In this document: piece after piece, positions 17,117 to 27,458 of the stretch
Layout of the letters: every line of letters begins with the position of its first letter
How positions within the stretch are numbered: the first letter of the stretch is position 1
Source: Candidatus Latescibacterota bacterium
GTDB taxonomy: Bacteria; Latescibacterota; UBA2968; UBA8231
Direction: 5' to 3'
Length of the DNA stretch: 64,000 bases
Assembly (NCBI GenBank): GCA_965217585.1
Contig: OZ244561.1
Location: 6,528,001 to 6,592,000 of the forward strand
Program-made: the position numbers and the translations under genes
Notes under the pieces: generated by a model
Database searches by the model: none
The model's input: only the letters and a program-made list of their open reading frames with translations
Told to the model about the DNA's origin: nothing

Positions 17117-18526
17117 ATGAAGATGTACATCGCCGGAGAATGGGTTGACAAAGCCGCAACCATGGACGTCGTCAATCCCTATGACGGCTCGGTCATCGAC
17201 ACCGTCCCGAGGGGCGACGCCGCAGACATCAACCGTGCCATTGACTCGGCCGAGCGCGGTGCCAAATCCATGGCCGCAATGAGCGCCTATGAGCGCTATC
17301 AGATCATTCATCGGGCGGCGGATCTAATGCTAGAGCGGCTCGACGACCTAGGGCGCACGATTACCCTCGAAGAGGGCAAGGTCCTAGCCGAGGGCATGGG
17401 CGAGGCGTCCCGTGCCCAAGAGACCATCGTCCTCTCCGCCGAGGAAGCCAAACGCCTGACTGGCGAAACGCTCGACCTGAGCGGAGCCTCTAACGGAACG
17501 GGCAAATTCGGCTTTACGCTGCGGGTCCCCTGTGGTGTGGTAGCCGCTATTACGCCCTTCAACTTCCCGCTCAATCTGGTCTGCCACAAAGTCGGCCCAG
17601 CCCTCGCGGCTGGCAATGCGATCATCATCAAACCCGCTAGCGACACTCCGCTTTCGGCACTCAAACTGACCGAGATTTTTGTCGACGCGGGCCTGCCGGC
17701 GGAAGCCATTCAATGCGTCACGGGTTCGGGCGGCGTCATTGGCGACGCAATCAGTTCCAATCCCAAGGTCCGTAAAATCAGCTTTACGGGCAGCCGCGAT
17801 GTCGGCGAACACATCTGTCAGGTCGCCGGCCTGAAGAAAGTGACGATGGAGCTAGGCTCCAACGCCCCGCTGATCGTCATGCCGGACGCCGATCTCGAAA
17901 AGGTCGCCGCCGCTACCGCCAATTCCGGCTTTGCCAACGCGGGTCAAGTCTGCATCTCGACTCAGCGAGTATTCGCCAGCAGCGAGGTGTACGGGGATTT
18001 TATAGACGCCCTCAAACCCGCCGTCGAAGCCTTAACGACCGGCAATCCCCTTGACGGCGACGTCAAGATGGGGCCAATGATCCGCGCCCAAGACGCCGAG
18101 CGCGTCGAGTCTTGGGTACAAGAAGCCGTTGGGTCTGGAGCCAGCATCGTCACCGGCGGGACCCGCGAGGGCACGATGCACGCCCCGACCATCCTAGCCG
18201 ATGTAGCACCAGAAATGAAGGTCTCCTGCGACGAGATTTTCGGTCCGGCGCTCGGCGTCAGCCGGATCGACGATATCGACCAAGCCATCGCCATGGCCAA
18301 CGACACCAACTATGGTCTCAGTGCCGCGATTTTCACCGAGAACCTCAACTGGGCCCTCCAGTTTGCCCAGCAGGTGGAATCGGGCAACATCCACATCAAT
18401 TGGGGCACTCAGTGGCGCGCTGATCTGATGCCTTACGGCGGCCTCAAGGAAAGCGGCATGGGCAAGGAAGGGCCCAAATACGCGATCGAGGAGATGACCG
18501 AAACCAAGATGGTCGTCATTCATTAA
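17117..18526 (+). CDS. Aldehyde dehydrogenase family protein
   Basis: ITPFNFPLNL, KPAS, SFTGS, MELGSNAP, NAGQVC, EIFGP, PYGGLKESGMGKEG; start at MKMYIAGEW after an AAGGA RBS. Confidence 0.95.
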   Translation: MKMYIAGEWVDKAATMDVVNPYDGSVIDTVPRGDAADINRAIDSAERGAKSMAAMSAYERYQIIHRAADLMLERLDDLGRTITLEEGKVLAEGMGEASRAQETIVLSAEEAKRLTGETLDLSGASNGTGKFGFTLRVPCGVVAAITPFNFPLNLVCHKVGPALAAGNAIIIKPASDTPLSALKLTEIFVDAGLPAEAIQCVTGSGGVIGDAISSNPKVRKISFTGSRDVGEHICQVAGLKKVTMELGSNAPLIVMPDADLEKVAAATANSGFANAGQVCISTQRVFASSEVYGDFIDALKPAVEALTTGNPLDGDVKMGPMIRAQDAERVESWVQEAVGSGASIVTGGTREGTMHAPTILADVAPEMKVSCDEIFGPALGVSRIDDIDQAIAMANDTNYGLSAAIFTENLNWALQFAQQVESGNIHINWGTQWRADLMPYGGLKESGMGKEGPKYAIEEMTETKMVVIH

Positions 18527-18545
18527 AAACCTCTAGCAACAACGC

Positions 18546-18584
18546 AAAAAGGGGGGGACGCGCCGACTGGGCGTCCCCCCTTTT
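18546..18584. terminator. Bidirectional intrinsic terminator
   Basis: AAAA-GGGGGGACGC...GCGTCCCCCC-TTTT hairpin between convergent genes. Confidence 0.85.
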
Positions 18585-18605
18585 CATGTATCGTACCCGC
18601 TCCTT

Positions 18606-19457
18606 TCAGGTCGAATCCAGTGATTCCAAAAACGCGGCGCGGATCTGCCGCGTAATCGTCCCCGGCGTCCCATCGCCGATAACAGCGGTATCGATTTGTA
18701 CTACCGGCATCGCCTCGGTGGTAGTACCGGCGAGAAAGACCTCATCGGCGGCCTTAAATTGCTCCAGCGTGCAAAACTCTTCGTCTATAGGTATGCCGAG
18801 CTTGCGAGCCAAATCGAGGAGAATCCCTCTGGTGATACTCGGCAGGATATGAGGGCCAATAGGCGTAGTGTACAATCGCCCCGCCTGTATGCAGAAGGCA
18901 CTGGTCGAAGCCCCTTCAGTGACCCGTCCTTCTGCATCGACCAGCAGCGCCTCAAAAGCTCCCACTTGCGCCGCCGCCTGTTTAGCCAAGATGTTGGGCA
19001 GTAAGGCAATACTCTTGATATCGCAGCGCTTCCAGCGCAAGTCTTCGGTACTAATGACCTCGACTCCGCAGTCGTAGAGGTCGTGCGGCAGGCGACGCAA
19101 TTCCTTAAACGTCATTACGACGGTGGGAACGACCGGGACAGCGGGAAACTCATGCCGCCTAGGGGCGACCCCGCGCGTAACTTGTATATAGATCAACGTC
19201 TCGCCAAAACCGCTCCGCTCGACACCCTCCATCAGCTTGGCCTTAAGGCCGTACTCGCGGATATCCAACGGCAGGTGTAGCGCTTCTAGGTTGCCCTGGA
19301 GGCGCGCCAAGTGCGGCTCTAAGGCATAGGGGCGACCGCCGTAGGTTGCGACAACCTCGTACACGCCATCGGCGAACTGATAGCCCCGGTCCTCGACCGA
19401 CACCACGGCTTCGGCCAGTGGACAGAAGCGGCCATTGACATAGGCAATCTCAGGCAT
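18606..19457 (-). CDS. dat: D-amino-acid aminotransferase (PLP class IV)
   Basis: EDRGYQFADGVYEV, YIQVTRG, RWKRCDIKS, TEGAS, ILPSITR. Confidence 0.88.
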   Translation of the reverse strand: MPEIAYVNGRFCPLAEAVVSVEDRGYQFADGVYEVVATYGGRPYALEPHLARLQGNLEALHLPLDIREYGLKAKLMEGVERSGFGETLIYIQVTRGVAPRRHEFPAVPVVPTVVMTFKELRRLPHDLYDCGVEVISTEDLRWKRCDIKSIALLPNILAKQAAAQVGAFEALLVDAEGRVTEGASTSAFCIQAGRLYTTPIGPHILPSITRGILLDLARKLGIPIDEEFCTLEQFKAADEVFLAGTTTEAMPVVQIDTAVIGDGTPGTITRQIRAAFLESLDST

Positions 19458-19467
19458 TGCCCCCCGC

Positions 19468-20232
19468 TCAGCGTTTGGCGAGGGCCTGCCACAAGGCCCG
19501 ATAATAGCGCATCAGGCGCAGGGGATCCGGACTTTCGGGGATTTCGGCGAGACAATAACCTGCGTAGCCGCTCTGTCGCAGCAGGGTAAAGAGCCGCTCC
19601 CACGGGTAATCGCTCCACAATTCGGTAATGTGGACCAAGGCAATGGCGTCCTGCAAAGAGGCGAAACTGCCGTCGATGGAGCCGTCGACTAGGTCCGTCG
19701 CATTGGAATTCCAGCATACAAAGACGTTGTCGTAGTCGGCGTAGTCGATGATCTTGCGGATGTTGGCTGGATCCGAGGTCGTGCGGCCGTGGACCTCCAA
19801 GCGGATCTGCACCCCTAGGTCGCGGGCAAATTCGCCGCACTCGCGCAAGCTGACGCCGATCTGCTCCAAGGTCTGCCCAATGGGGATCCCCTCATCTACG
19901 TGTACGTTGTTGGGACGCACCTTGACTCCGCTGACTCCGAGATCATGGGCCAAGCGCACGTATTCTTTGGTCCCGTCGATGTGCCTTCGGAGCACCTGCG
20001 GATCGACGGCGTCGTATTCAAAGGCGCTGCCCAACCCTACCAACTCGACCGCCGAGTCGGCAAAGCGCCTTTTGATCTCGGCTCGTTCAGCAGCACTGAG
20101 GCCGACTTCGACCCCATGGGCATGCGTCGTCCGCAACTCAACTCCGGCAAAACCGGCTTCTTCGCAGCGGGCAATCAGCGTCTCTAAATCCCAATCACGG
20201 CCCAAATTGTAGGTCACCATGCCGAGCTTCAC
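19468..20232 (-). CDS. Sugar phosphate isomerase/epimerase (xylose-isomerase-like TIM barrel)
   Basis: GFAGVELR, RLEVH, VHI and CLAEI pattern of the AP_endonuc_2 family. Confidence 0.8.
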   Translation of the reverse strand: MKLGMVTYNLGRDWDLETLIARCEEAGFAGVELRTTHAHGVEVGLSAAERAEIKRRFADSAVELVGLGSAFEYDAVDPQVLRRHIDGTKEYVRLAHDLGVSGVKVRPNNVHVDEGIPIGQTLEQIGVSLRECGEFARDLGVQIRLEVHGRTTSDPANIRKIIDYADYDNVFVCWNSNATDLVDGSIDGSFASLQDAIALVHITELWSDYPWERLFTLLRQSGYAGYCLAEIPESPDPLRLMRYYRALWQALAKR

Positions 20233-21584
20233 GTTGCATTCCTCCCTGTTTGATCACCGGCGAAGAGTTCCCGGCGAAAGAGTGCCTTTTGTTGTTGGAG
20301 ATATTCGCCCTTACTCATGTTGGGCGCATGGGTTTGCAGGATGCCCTGGGCCGCAGACGCATCGCCGTACAGCAGGTCGATGGCCATCATGGCCAAGATT
20401 TTGGCCGGGGCGAGGTACCCAGCGGCTGGGTCGGCGATACCCCAATCGGGTCCGTGGATCGTGCCGCTGGCCCCGATCATGGCCGGGTGCAGCACGGGCA
20501 TGATCTGACTGAGGTCGCCAGCGTCAGTGGAGCCGCCGCCGTGGGGGTAATCCCGGTACTGATCGGGGCCGAAAATCTGCGTAGCGTTGTCCTTGAAAAG
20601 CTGCCCTAAGTCGGGATCATTGCACAGCGGCAGATACCCAGGCACGGTTTCGATCTCAACTGAGCAGCCGAGGGCGACCGCAGCGCCCCGCAGCGCCCGA
20701 TCGACCTTGTGAGACGCATCGAGTATCGCCTCGGAGGTGCGGGCACGGACGTAGGTTTCCAGCCGCACGTCGGCCGGGATGATATTGACTAGATCGCCCC
20801 CCTTGGTGATGATCGGATGCACCCGCACGCAGTCCTGGTCGCGGAAGGTCTCGCGCTGGGCGTCAATCGCGCTGAGGGCGAGTGTCGCCGCGCTAAGTGC
20901 ATTGACGCCTTTCTCCGGCGCGCCCCCGGCGTGGGCAGCCCGGCCAATGAAACGCACGTTCTTGGCCAAGAAGCCATTGGACGAACGGGCGATCCCCACT
21001 GCTCCCTCGGTTTGGGCCGCACTGCTGGTGTGGATCATCACGGCCATATCTACGTCGTCGAAATGCCCCAATTCGACCAACTCGGGCTTGCCGCCGAGAA
21101 ACGCGATCTTGCCTTCTTCGACAAGTCCTAAGCGGTAGTCTATCTCGACGTATTCTTCTGCCGGCACGGCGAAAAACGCGATATCCCCGGCCAGTTCCTC
21201 GCTAACGCCGGCCTCTACAAGCCCACAGGCGGCCCCTACCATCCCGGCGATCTGGGCATTGTGGCCACAGGCGTGTGCCGCCCCGGTTGCCGGGTCGGCG
21301 CGTGGGTGATCGGGCACGATGAGCGCGTCGAGTTCGCCCATCAGCGCCACTGTCGGGCCTGATTGCCGCCCCTTGAACCGGGCCTTCACGCCGGTCAGCG
21401 CTAGTTCCCGCTCGTACTGCAATCCGAGATCGGCAAAATTTTCGCAGACGCGGCGGGCCGTCTGTTCCTCCTTAAAGCCCAATTCGGGCTGGTCCATGAT
21501 GGCTTCACCCAGCCCGATGATCCGCTCGCTCTGCCGATCAATAGCCGCGCAGACAGCCGCCTTTAATTCCTCTTTGCTCCGCAT
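20229..21584 (-). CDS. M20 family amidohydrolase
   Basis: PELGFKE, GELDAL, HACGHN, PAEE, GRAAHAG, GGSTDAG; start at MRSKEELK. Confidence 0.92.
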   Translation of the reverse strand: MRSKEELKAAVCAAIDRQSERIIGLGEAIMDQPELGFKEEQTARRVCENFADLGLQYERELALTGVKARFKGRQSGPTVALMGELDALIVPDHPRADPATGAAHACGHNAQIAGMVGAACGLVEAGVSEELAGDIAFFAVPAEEYVEIDYRLGLVEEGKIAFLGGKPELVELGHFDDVDMAVMIHTSSAAQTEGAVGIARSSNGFLAKNVRFIGRAAHAGGAPEKGVNALSAATLALSAIDAQRETFRDQDCVRVHPIITKGGDLVNIIPADVRLETYVRARTSEAILDASHKVDRALRGAAVALGCSVEIETVPGYLPLCNDPDLGQLFKDNATQIFGPDQYRDYPHGGGSTDAGDLSQIMPVLHPAMIGASGTIHGPDWGIADPAAGYLAPAKILAMMAIDLLYGDASAAQGILQTHAPNMSKGEYLQQQKALFRRELFAGDQTGRNAT

Positions 21585-21730
21585 AAATCTCCGTCTTTTT
21601 AGGTCGGCCAGTATAGCCGGCGTCCATGAGGTTGTCAAGCTATTCCCTGGCTTGCGCAGGTTTAGTGCACCCCTTAATTTTTTAGGTCGTAAGCCTTCGT
21701 CCGGCCCCAAACCCGCCCAGAGCTATTGCA

Positions 21731-22099
21731 TTGTACAAAATCCTGATCATCGACCGCAATGCCATATTCGGCGCAACCCTCGCCGGGCTGCTCGAGCGGG
21801 CCGGTTATCAGGTCGAAGTCGCCAACCAATTGACCGATGGACTCGACCATTACCGACTCAACGCCCCGGACTTAGTCCTCCTCGGCGTCGAGGTGGACGA
21901 TCCCACCCCTTTTGTCTCAGCAAGTCGCTTGCTCGACAACACCAAGCTCATCGCCTTCCTGTCGCGCCAAAGGCGCTCATCCGACGACCTCCAAGAGGTG
22001 CTGCAAGCTCTCAAGGGCTGCCCCATTTTTTATAAGCCCTTCCGCACCGAGGACGTCCTTGCCGCTATTGCCGCAGAATTGGTGCCGCACGAGACCTGA
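21731..22099 (+). CDS. Stand-alone receiver-like protein (atypical)
   Basis: KILIID...PDLVLLG...KPF receiver fold; the phosphoacceptor Asp position is Gly. Confidence 0.7.
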   Translation: MYKILIIDRNAIFGATLAGLLERAGYQVEVANQLTDGLDHYRLNAPDLVLLGVEVDDPTPFVSASRLLDNTKLIAFLSRQRRSSDDLQEVLQALKGCPIFYKPFRTEDVLAAIAAELVPHET

Positions 22100-22102
22100 G
22101 CC

Positions 22103-23080
22103 TCAGCCGTGTGGCAGCACCCCGATGTCCTCGCCGCGCTGATAGTTAAGGGCATCGACCATCATCCGCACGATGTCGCAACTGGGGCTAAACCCTAGAT
22201 ATTCCTCGGCCTTGCGCAGGTTAAATTCGTAAAAGGTGGGAGTAGCCTTTACAGCCGCTTCGACGTGGGGCATGTCGCGCAATTCGGCGAGCCGGTAACT
22301 AACCTCGTCCCAAGTGAAAGGACGCGGCCCAGCTAGCTGAAAGGTCTCGCCCAACGCCCTTTCTTTGCCCAAGGCGCAAAGGCACCCATGCACGATGTCA
22401 CGCACATCGGCGATGTGCTTTTTGAAGGGACGGTCGCGCTGGTCTTTTAGCAGCACCGCGCACTCCTCGCCCTGCCACAGGGCAGCTAGCTCCGGGTGCA
22501 CCTCCTTCATCTTGCTCAGGTAGAACTGTGGGAACTGCAAAATTTCATCCGCCGCCCGCACCATGGCGAAACGCAAGATCGTCGTCGGCACCCCGTAGCC
22601 CTGCCAATAGCCGTTGCACAATTCCTCGCCCAGCGCCTTAGTCAAAGCATAAGCTCCCTTGGGCACGCGCGGCGTGTGTTCGTCAATGGGCGCACTCATG
22701 CCGCCGGGAACGTACTTGTCGTAGAGTGCGTCCGAGCTGGCGAACAGGAATTGGCCCATCCCCTTCACTCGACGCACGGCCTCTAGCATGTTGAAGGTGC
22801 CGCGCACGTTGATCTCAAAAAACTCCTCGTCGGTAAAGGGGCCACCACCCTGAAAGGCCGCCCCCAAATGATAGACGGCCTCGATCCCCTCGACCGCCTG
22901 CTCGACTGCGGCCGGCTCAGTCAAACTTCCCTCGACTAGTTCGACCTGCATCTTCTTGAGGTTTTCCACCCGCGGATCTCGGGGCCAGACCAACCCGCGG
23001 ACCTGGTGCTCGCGCTCGACAAGCTGTCTGGCCAAGTTGGCACCAATGCGGCCGGTAATCCCAGTAATCAATATCCTCAC
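22103..23080 (-). CDS. NAD-dependent epimerase/dehydratase (extended SDR)
   Basis: ILITGITGRIG, NVRGTFNMLE, ASSD, YALTK (YxxxK). Confidence 0.92.
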   Translation of the reverse strand: MRILITGITGRIGANLARQLVEREHQVRGLVWPRDPRVENLKKMQVELVEGSLTEPAAVEQAVEGIEAVYHLGAAFQGGGPFTDEEFFEINVRGTFNMLEAVRRVKGMGQFLFASSDALYDKYVPGGMSAPIDEHTPRVPKGAYALTKALGEELCNGYWQGYGVPTTILRFAMVRAADEILQFPQFYLSKMKEVHPELAALWQGEECAVLLKDQRDRPFKKHIADVRDIVHGCLCALGKERALGETFQLAGPRPFTWDEVSYRLAELRDMPHVEAAVKATPTFYEFNLRKAEEYLGFSPSCDIVRMMVDALNYQRGEDIGVLPHG

Positions 23081-23239
23081 GCAAACCTCCCGGTTGAATC
23101 GCCAACAACAAACCGCACCGCACCGCCGCTGGCAACCCCACCGTGGCGAGAAAGAAGGCTGGAAAAGATGACGGTCTGTCTTATATTTAATGGATAGTAC
23201 TTCCCGAGCTAGTCCTTGGCTTGACGCCTTACAACGAAG

Positions 23240-24520
23240 ATGTCACCTGCTCAACTTCGCATTCTGGTCCCTCTCGAAAACCCGCACCAAGAGCACAATC
23301 TCGTCGACTTGGCCGCGACCCTCGCCCCTTCGCCTTGGAGCGAGTTGCACTTAACTCACATACTTACGCCCGACTCTACCCCCCAGCCGGACATAAAACA
23401 GGCACTCCAAGTTTCGGCCGACCGGGCCATGGCCCACGACATCGGCGCTATCGCGCATTTGGAAAAAGACGAGGACGTGACGAGCGGAATTCAGCGGGCT
23501 GTCCGCCGCTGGAGCTGCAACATGATGCTCATGGCCTGGAATGCAAATGTCGAGCGCGACGCGATCCTATCCGCGCCCAACCGCGCCCTGACCAAGGACA
23601 TCGACGTCGACACCTTGATTTTTAAAGAAAAGAAGAGCGGGCCGGTGCGCCGGATTCTCGTGCCCTTCGGCGGCGGCAATCACGCGCTGGTAGGCGTGCA
23701 GATCGCCTACGATCTGGCCCAAACTTGGGGCGCTGAACTGGAAATTCTCCGCATCGTCCGCGACATCCGCGACCCCTCCGACCCGATACTCCAGCGCTAC
23801 TGTTCGCAGCTAGCCGCAGACACGCGCTTGCAGCTAGAGCTGCTGAAGATCGACGCGCCGTTGACTGTGGTCCCAGCCGTCAATGTGGTTCCGGCCATCG
23901 TCGAAAGAGCGCAAGGCCACGATTTGATCGTACTCGGTGCCTCAAACGACTGGCGCCAAGAGGAACATCTTGCCGGCTCCATCCCGGACGAGATCGCCTA
24001 TCAGGTGCCATGTTCGGTGCTAATGGTCCGCTCGGCCGCGGCCAACGACTTGCAGCTAAGTCGCATTTTCTGGGAACATACCATCCGCTTGGATCTCACC
24101 CCTAAAGACAAGTGGGATGCCATCGCTCAGATGGTCGATGCGTTAATAGAAGAAAAACAAATCCCCGCCAGCGAACGCCAGACCGTACTCGAGGCTGCGC
24201 TCGACCGCGAGCACAAAGGCTCGACTTCCCTAGGGCACGGCACGGCTATCCCCCATGCGCCCATCCCCGATCTGGACGGGATTATCGGCTGCTTGGGGAT
24301 TTGCCGACAGGGCATCGAGTTTGAAGGCCCTACCCCTGAGCCGGTACACTTCATCTTCCTGCTGTTGACCCCGGAACAAAACTACCGCAGCTATATCCCG
24401 ATCCTCGCCCAGATCGCGACCTTGATGCACGCCGACACCACCCACCGTGACATGCTCGCCTCGCAGACGCCGACGGAAATAACCGCCGTCCTCAAGCGCC
24501 TGCCGCAACCACGCCGCTAA
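23240..24520 (+). CDS. Tandem universal-stress-protein domains fused to a PTS EIIA (Fru/Ntr-type) domain
   Basis: RILVP..., RRILVPFGGGNHA, DLIVLGAS, GSIPDEIA...CSVLMVR (USP); REHKGSTSLGHGTAIPHA...PVHFIFLL (EIIA). Confidence 0.88.
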   Translation: MSPAQLRILVPLENPHQEHNLVDLAATLAPSPWSELHLTHILTPDSTPQPDIKQALQVSADRAMAHDIGAIAHLEKDEDVTSGIQRAVRRWSCNMMLMAWNANVERDAILSAPNRALTKDIDVDTLIFKEKKSGPVRRILVPFGGGNHALVGVQIAYDLAQTWGAELEILRIVRDIRDPSDPILQRYCSQLAADTRLQLELLKIDAPLTVVPAVNVVPAIVERAQGHDLIVLGASNDWRQEEHLAGSIPDEIAYQVPCSVLMVRSAAANDLQLSRIFWEHTIRLDLTPKDKWDAIAQMVDALIEEKQIPASERQTVLEAALDREHKGSTSLGHGTAIPHAPIPDLDGIIGCLGICRQGIEFEGPTPEPVHFIFLLLTPEQNYRSYIPILAQIATLMHADTTHRDMLASQTPTEITAVLKRLPQPRR

Positions 24521-25167
24521 GTCCCCTCGATCTGGCTGGCAAAATAATCGCAATGCGGCATGAGTACGCACTCGTCGCACAGGGGCTTGCGTGCCTTGCA
24601 CACGTAACGACCGTGCAAAACCACGCGCTGTCCAAAAGCCGTCCACTCCTCGGCCGGCAGTAGCTGCGCCAAGGCCATTTCGACCTTGACTGGATCCTTT
24701 TCTGCGGTCAGCCCCAAGCGCCGACTCACCCGACCCACGTGCGTATCTACCACGATGCCAGGCACGCCATACACGTTGCCGAGGATGACATTGGCACTCT
24801 TGCGACCAATGCCGGGCAAGCGGGTCAAGGCGTCCATTTGCCCGGGGACTTGGCCGTCGTGATCGACGATGAGCATCGCCATGGCTGCACGGATATTTTT
24901 GGCCTTTTGTCGGTAAAAGCCAGTCGGGCGGATATCCTCCTCCAGTTCCTCGGTCGCCACCGCCACGTAGTCGGCTACGCACTGGTATTTTTTGAATAGC
25001 ACTGCGGTGACTTCATTGACCTTGACATCCGTGCTCTGCGCCGCGAGCACGGTGGCCACCATCAGCTCCAAGGCATTGTCGTAGTTGAGTTCCACTCTCG
25101 CTTCGGGAATGGTCCTCTTTAATTCCCTATAGACGGTCTGTGCCCGCTCGACTTCGTGCTCCTCCAC
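24517..25167 (-). CDS. nth: Endonuclease III
   Basis: VLAAQSTD, LPGIGRKSANV (HhH), VDTHV, CKARKPLCDECVLMPHC ([4Fe-4S]); GTG start after an AAGGAAG RBS. Confidence 0.95.
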   Translation of the reverse strand: MEEHEVERAQTVYRELKRTIPEARVELNYDNALELMVATVLAAQSTDVKVNEVTAVLFKKYQCVADYVAVATEELEEDIRPTGFYRQKAKNIRAAMAMLIVDHDGQVPGQMDALTRLPGIGRKSANVILGNVYGVPGIVVDTHVGRVSRRLGLTAEKDPVKVEMALAQLLPAEEWTAFGQRVVLHGRYVCKARKPLCDECVLMPHCDYFASQIEGT

Positions 25168-25181
25168 TTCGACTTCCTTCT

Positions 25182-26378
25182 TCAGCGCCGGGACGGCTGG
25201 GATAGCTCGACGCCGGTGCCGGCACCGCGCACGCGCCGACCCCATAGGTGGATGCGTCCCTTCCAGCGAAAAATCCCCAAGCATCCCAAGCTGCCGACCA
25301 AAACTACGTGCAAAGGCTGTAACAAGGCCCAAAAAGGAAAATAGCGGCGCAACTCGCGCCGACCCGATAGCACTATTCCGCCGTTAAATACACCCCACTC
25401 GCCCCACACTTTTGCCCCCACCGCACCCAAGGCCCACAGGGGATCTAGCAAGCCGGCACAGCACAGCAAGGGCACCATTAGCATCGCCCAGCTCAAAACG
25501 TATGTGAGCAACATATAGCCGAAAAAGAGCGGATCTAAGCGGGCTAGGGTCGGGGCATTGGAGGCCCAGCGGCTGCGCTGGCCGAATAATCCGCCCCAAG
25601 ACGCGGCCACCGGGTGCCGCACAAAGGTCGCCGGCTGGTTGGCAAAAACAATGGACCACCGGCCTGAGCAGCGCATGGTCTGCATGAGCAGCACATCGTC
25701 TCCAGAAGCCCGGTGCATGACTTTTTCATAGCCACCAACGTCAAAAAACGCCTCCCGCAAAAAGGCCAAATTCTGCCCAGAGGCCGCCATGGGGTGGCCC
25801 CACCCGGCGCTGCCCCATATACAAGCCATCAAGCAGGTGAAGTCAACGGCCTCATATCCCTGACGCCAACCCTTGATCTCGGACGGCGAGCCGATTTGCG
25901 AAAAGCCGATGACCATCCCCACCCCGTCGGCAAAGTGCGACAACATGCCGCGAATCCATCCCGGAGCGACCTGGCAGTCGGCATCCGTGGTGAGAATCAC
26001 CTCCCCCCGCGCTTCGGCGATCCCTAAGCTGAGCGCGGCCTTCTTGGAACCCGGCCCTTCGGTTCGCAGCAATCGCACAGCCGCAGTCTCCCCGCTGAAC
26101 TCGCGCACGATGTGGCCCGTGCCGTCGGTGGAGCCGTCGTCAACGACGATGATTTCGTAGCGATCTTGGGGGTAATCCTGCGCCAGCAGGGCGCGCATAC
26201 AGCAGGCGATGTGCGTAGCTTCGTCGCGGGCGGCGACGACGACCGAGGTCAAGGGGACGCGCTCGACATTGGCATTGCTGGGACGGCGGCGCATCCCGAT
26301 AACGAACCAACAAGCCCCCAGCAAGTAGGCCAGCGCACAGAACGCCAAGAGGTATTCGGGCGCGTACAGCGCGGGCAT
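25182..26378 (-). CDS. Membrane glycosyltransferase, family 2
   Basis: VVVAARDE, VDDGSTD, KKAAL, TDADC, SGDD, QRSRW (QxxRW); N- and C-terminal TMs. Confidence 0.92.
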   Translation of the reverse strand: MPALYAPEYLLAFCALAYLLGACWFVIGMRRRPSNANVERVPLTSVVVAARDEATHIACCMRALLAQDYPQDRYEIIVVDDGSTDGTGHIVREFSGETAAVRLLRTEGPGSKKAALSLGIAEARGEVILTTDADCQVAPGWIRGMLSHFADGVGMVIGFSQIGSPSEIKGWRQGYEAVDFTCLMACIWGSAGWGHPMAASGQNLAFLREAFFDVGGYEKVMHRASGDDVLLMQTMRCSGRWSIVFANQPATFVRHPVAASWGGLFGQRSRWASNAPTLARLDPLFFGYMLLTYVLSWAMLMVPLLCCAGLLDPLWALGAVGAKVWGEWGVFNGGIVLSGRRELRRYFPFWALLQPLHVVLVGSLGCLGIFRWKGRIHLWGRRVRGAGTGVELSQPSRR

Positions 26379-27445
26379 TAGCCCCTGATCTCCTTGATCA
26401 GCGAGAACATACCTCGATAGCCTTCGGAACAGTTGCGGCACATGTCGAAGCTATTGCGGTCGGCGAGGACCTGACCGCGAAAGTCCATATAGGCCCGGCT
26501 GCGCCAGATCTCGTCAAAAGAACGGCCGTCGAAGGCCTGTCCCATGGCAAAGTCAACGTCCTTGTCGAAACAACAAGGTGCGACCGCTCCGTTCCAATTG
26601 ACCATCGAGCTGTACCACAGCACCTTGCAACCCCGCGCGGGCTGCCCCTTGACCACCAGTGCGTCCTCCGCGCTCTCGTAGCGGCTGTACTGTTCGTCCT
26701 CGGGCAAGAACGCCTCGGCGTCCTCCGCGGTGTAAACCTGGGCGGTCTTGACCAAGAATTTGTCAACGCGCAGATCCTTAGCCAGCGCTTCGGCCGTGGC
26801 CATATCGCGCTCGTTGTGCTTCATAACGATGAATTGCAAGTTGATCTGCGGCGTCTGCGACCCGAGCGTCTCTTTGGCTGCGACCAGCAGGCGAACTCCT
26901 GAGAAGACGCGCTCGATCTGGCCGCCGACCCGATACTGTTCGTACGTGGCTTGGTCAACCCCGTCCAGCGAGACGATCATCTCGTCCAGCCCAGACTCAA
27001 CGATAGCCTGCGCCTGCTCTGGGCTACGGACGAAGTGGCCGTTGGTGCTGGTGAAGGTAAAGATGCCGCGGTCGCTGGCGTAGCGCACCATCTGGTTGAA
27101 GCACTTGTTGATATATGGCTCGCCTTGGTTCCACAGCATCATCATAAAGACCTCGCCGCCGAGCTCGTCAACCAGCTTTTTGAAATCCTCCAAGCCCATA
27201 GTCCCCCGGGGGCGGCGCATCTGGCCGTTGCCCGAGGGGCACAAGGGGCACTTGAGGTTGCAGAAGTTGGTCGGCTCGACCATGAGCATAAAAGGACGCC
27301 CCCACACGATGGGCCGGCGGGTCATCCACGACAGCCCCATGGAGGCCAAAACGGCGAGAAAATTAACCAGCCGCTTCCAAGAAAATACGCGGGCGTAGCG
27401 CCGAACGTAGCTCGGCAGTGCTTTGGGCGTGATTAGGTAGGCCAA
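26378..27445 (-). CDS. Radical SAM / SPASM(twitch)-domain protein
   Basis: EPTNFCNLKCPLC, QGEP, STNG, SLDG; C-terminal CKVLW...PCCFD...CRNC. Confidence 0.92.
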   Translation of the reverse strand: MAYLITPKALPSYVRRYARVFSWKRLVNFLAVLASMGLSWMTRRPIVWGRPFMLMVEPTNFCNLKCPLCPSGNGQMRRPRGTMGLEDFKKLVDELGGEVFMMMLWNQGEPYINKCFNQMVRYASDRGIFTFTSTNGHFVRSPEQAQAIVESGLDEMIVSLDGVDQATYEQYRVGGQIERVFSGVRLLVAAKETLGSQTPQINLQFIVMKHNERDMATAEALAKDLRVDKFLVKTAQVYTAEDAEAFLPEDEQYSRYESAEDALVVKGQPARGCKVLWYSSMVNWNGAVAPCCFDKDVDFAMGQAFDGRSFDEIWRSRAYMDFRGQVLADRNSFDMCRNCSEGYRGMFSLIKEIRG

Positions 27446-27458
27446 ATCAGCTCCTTTA

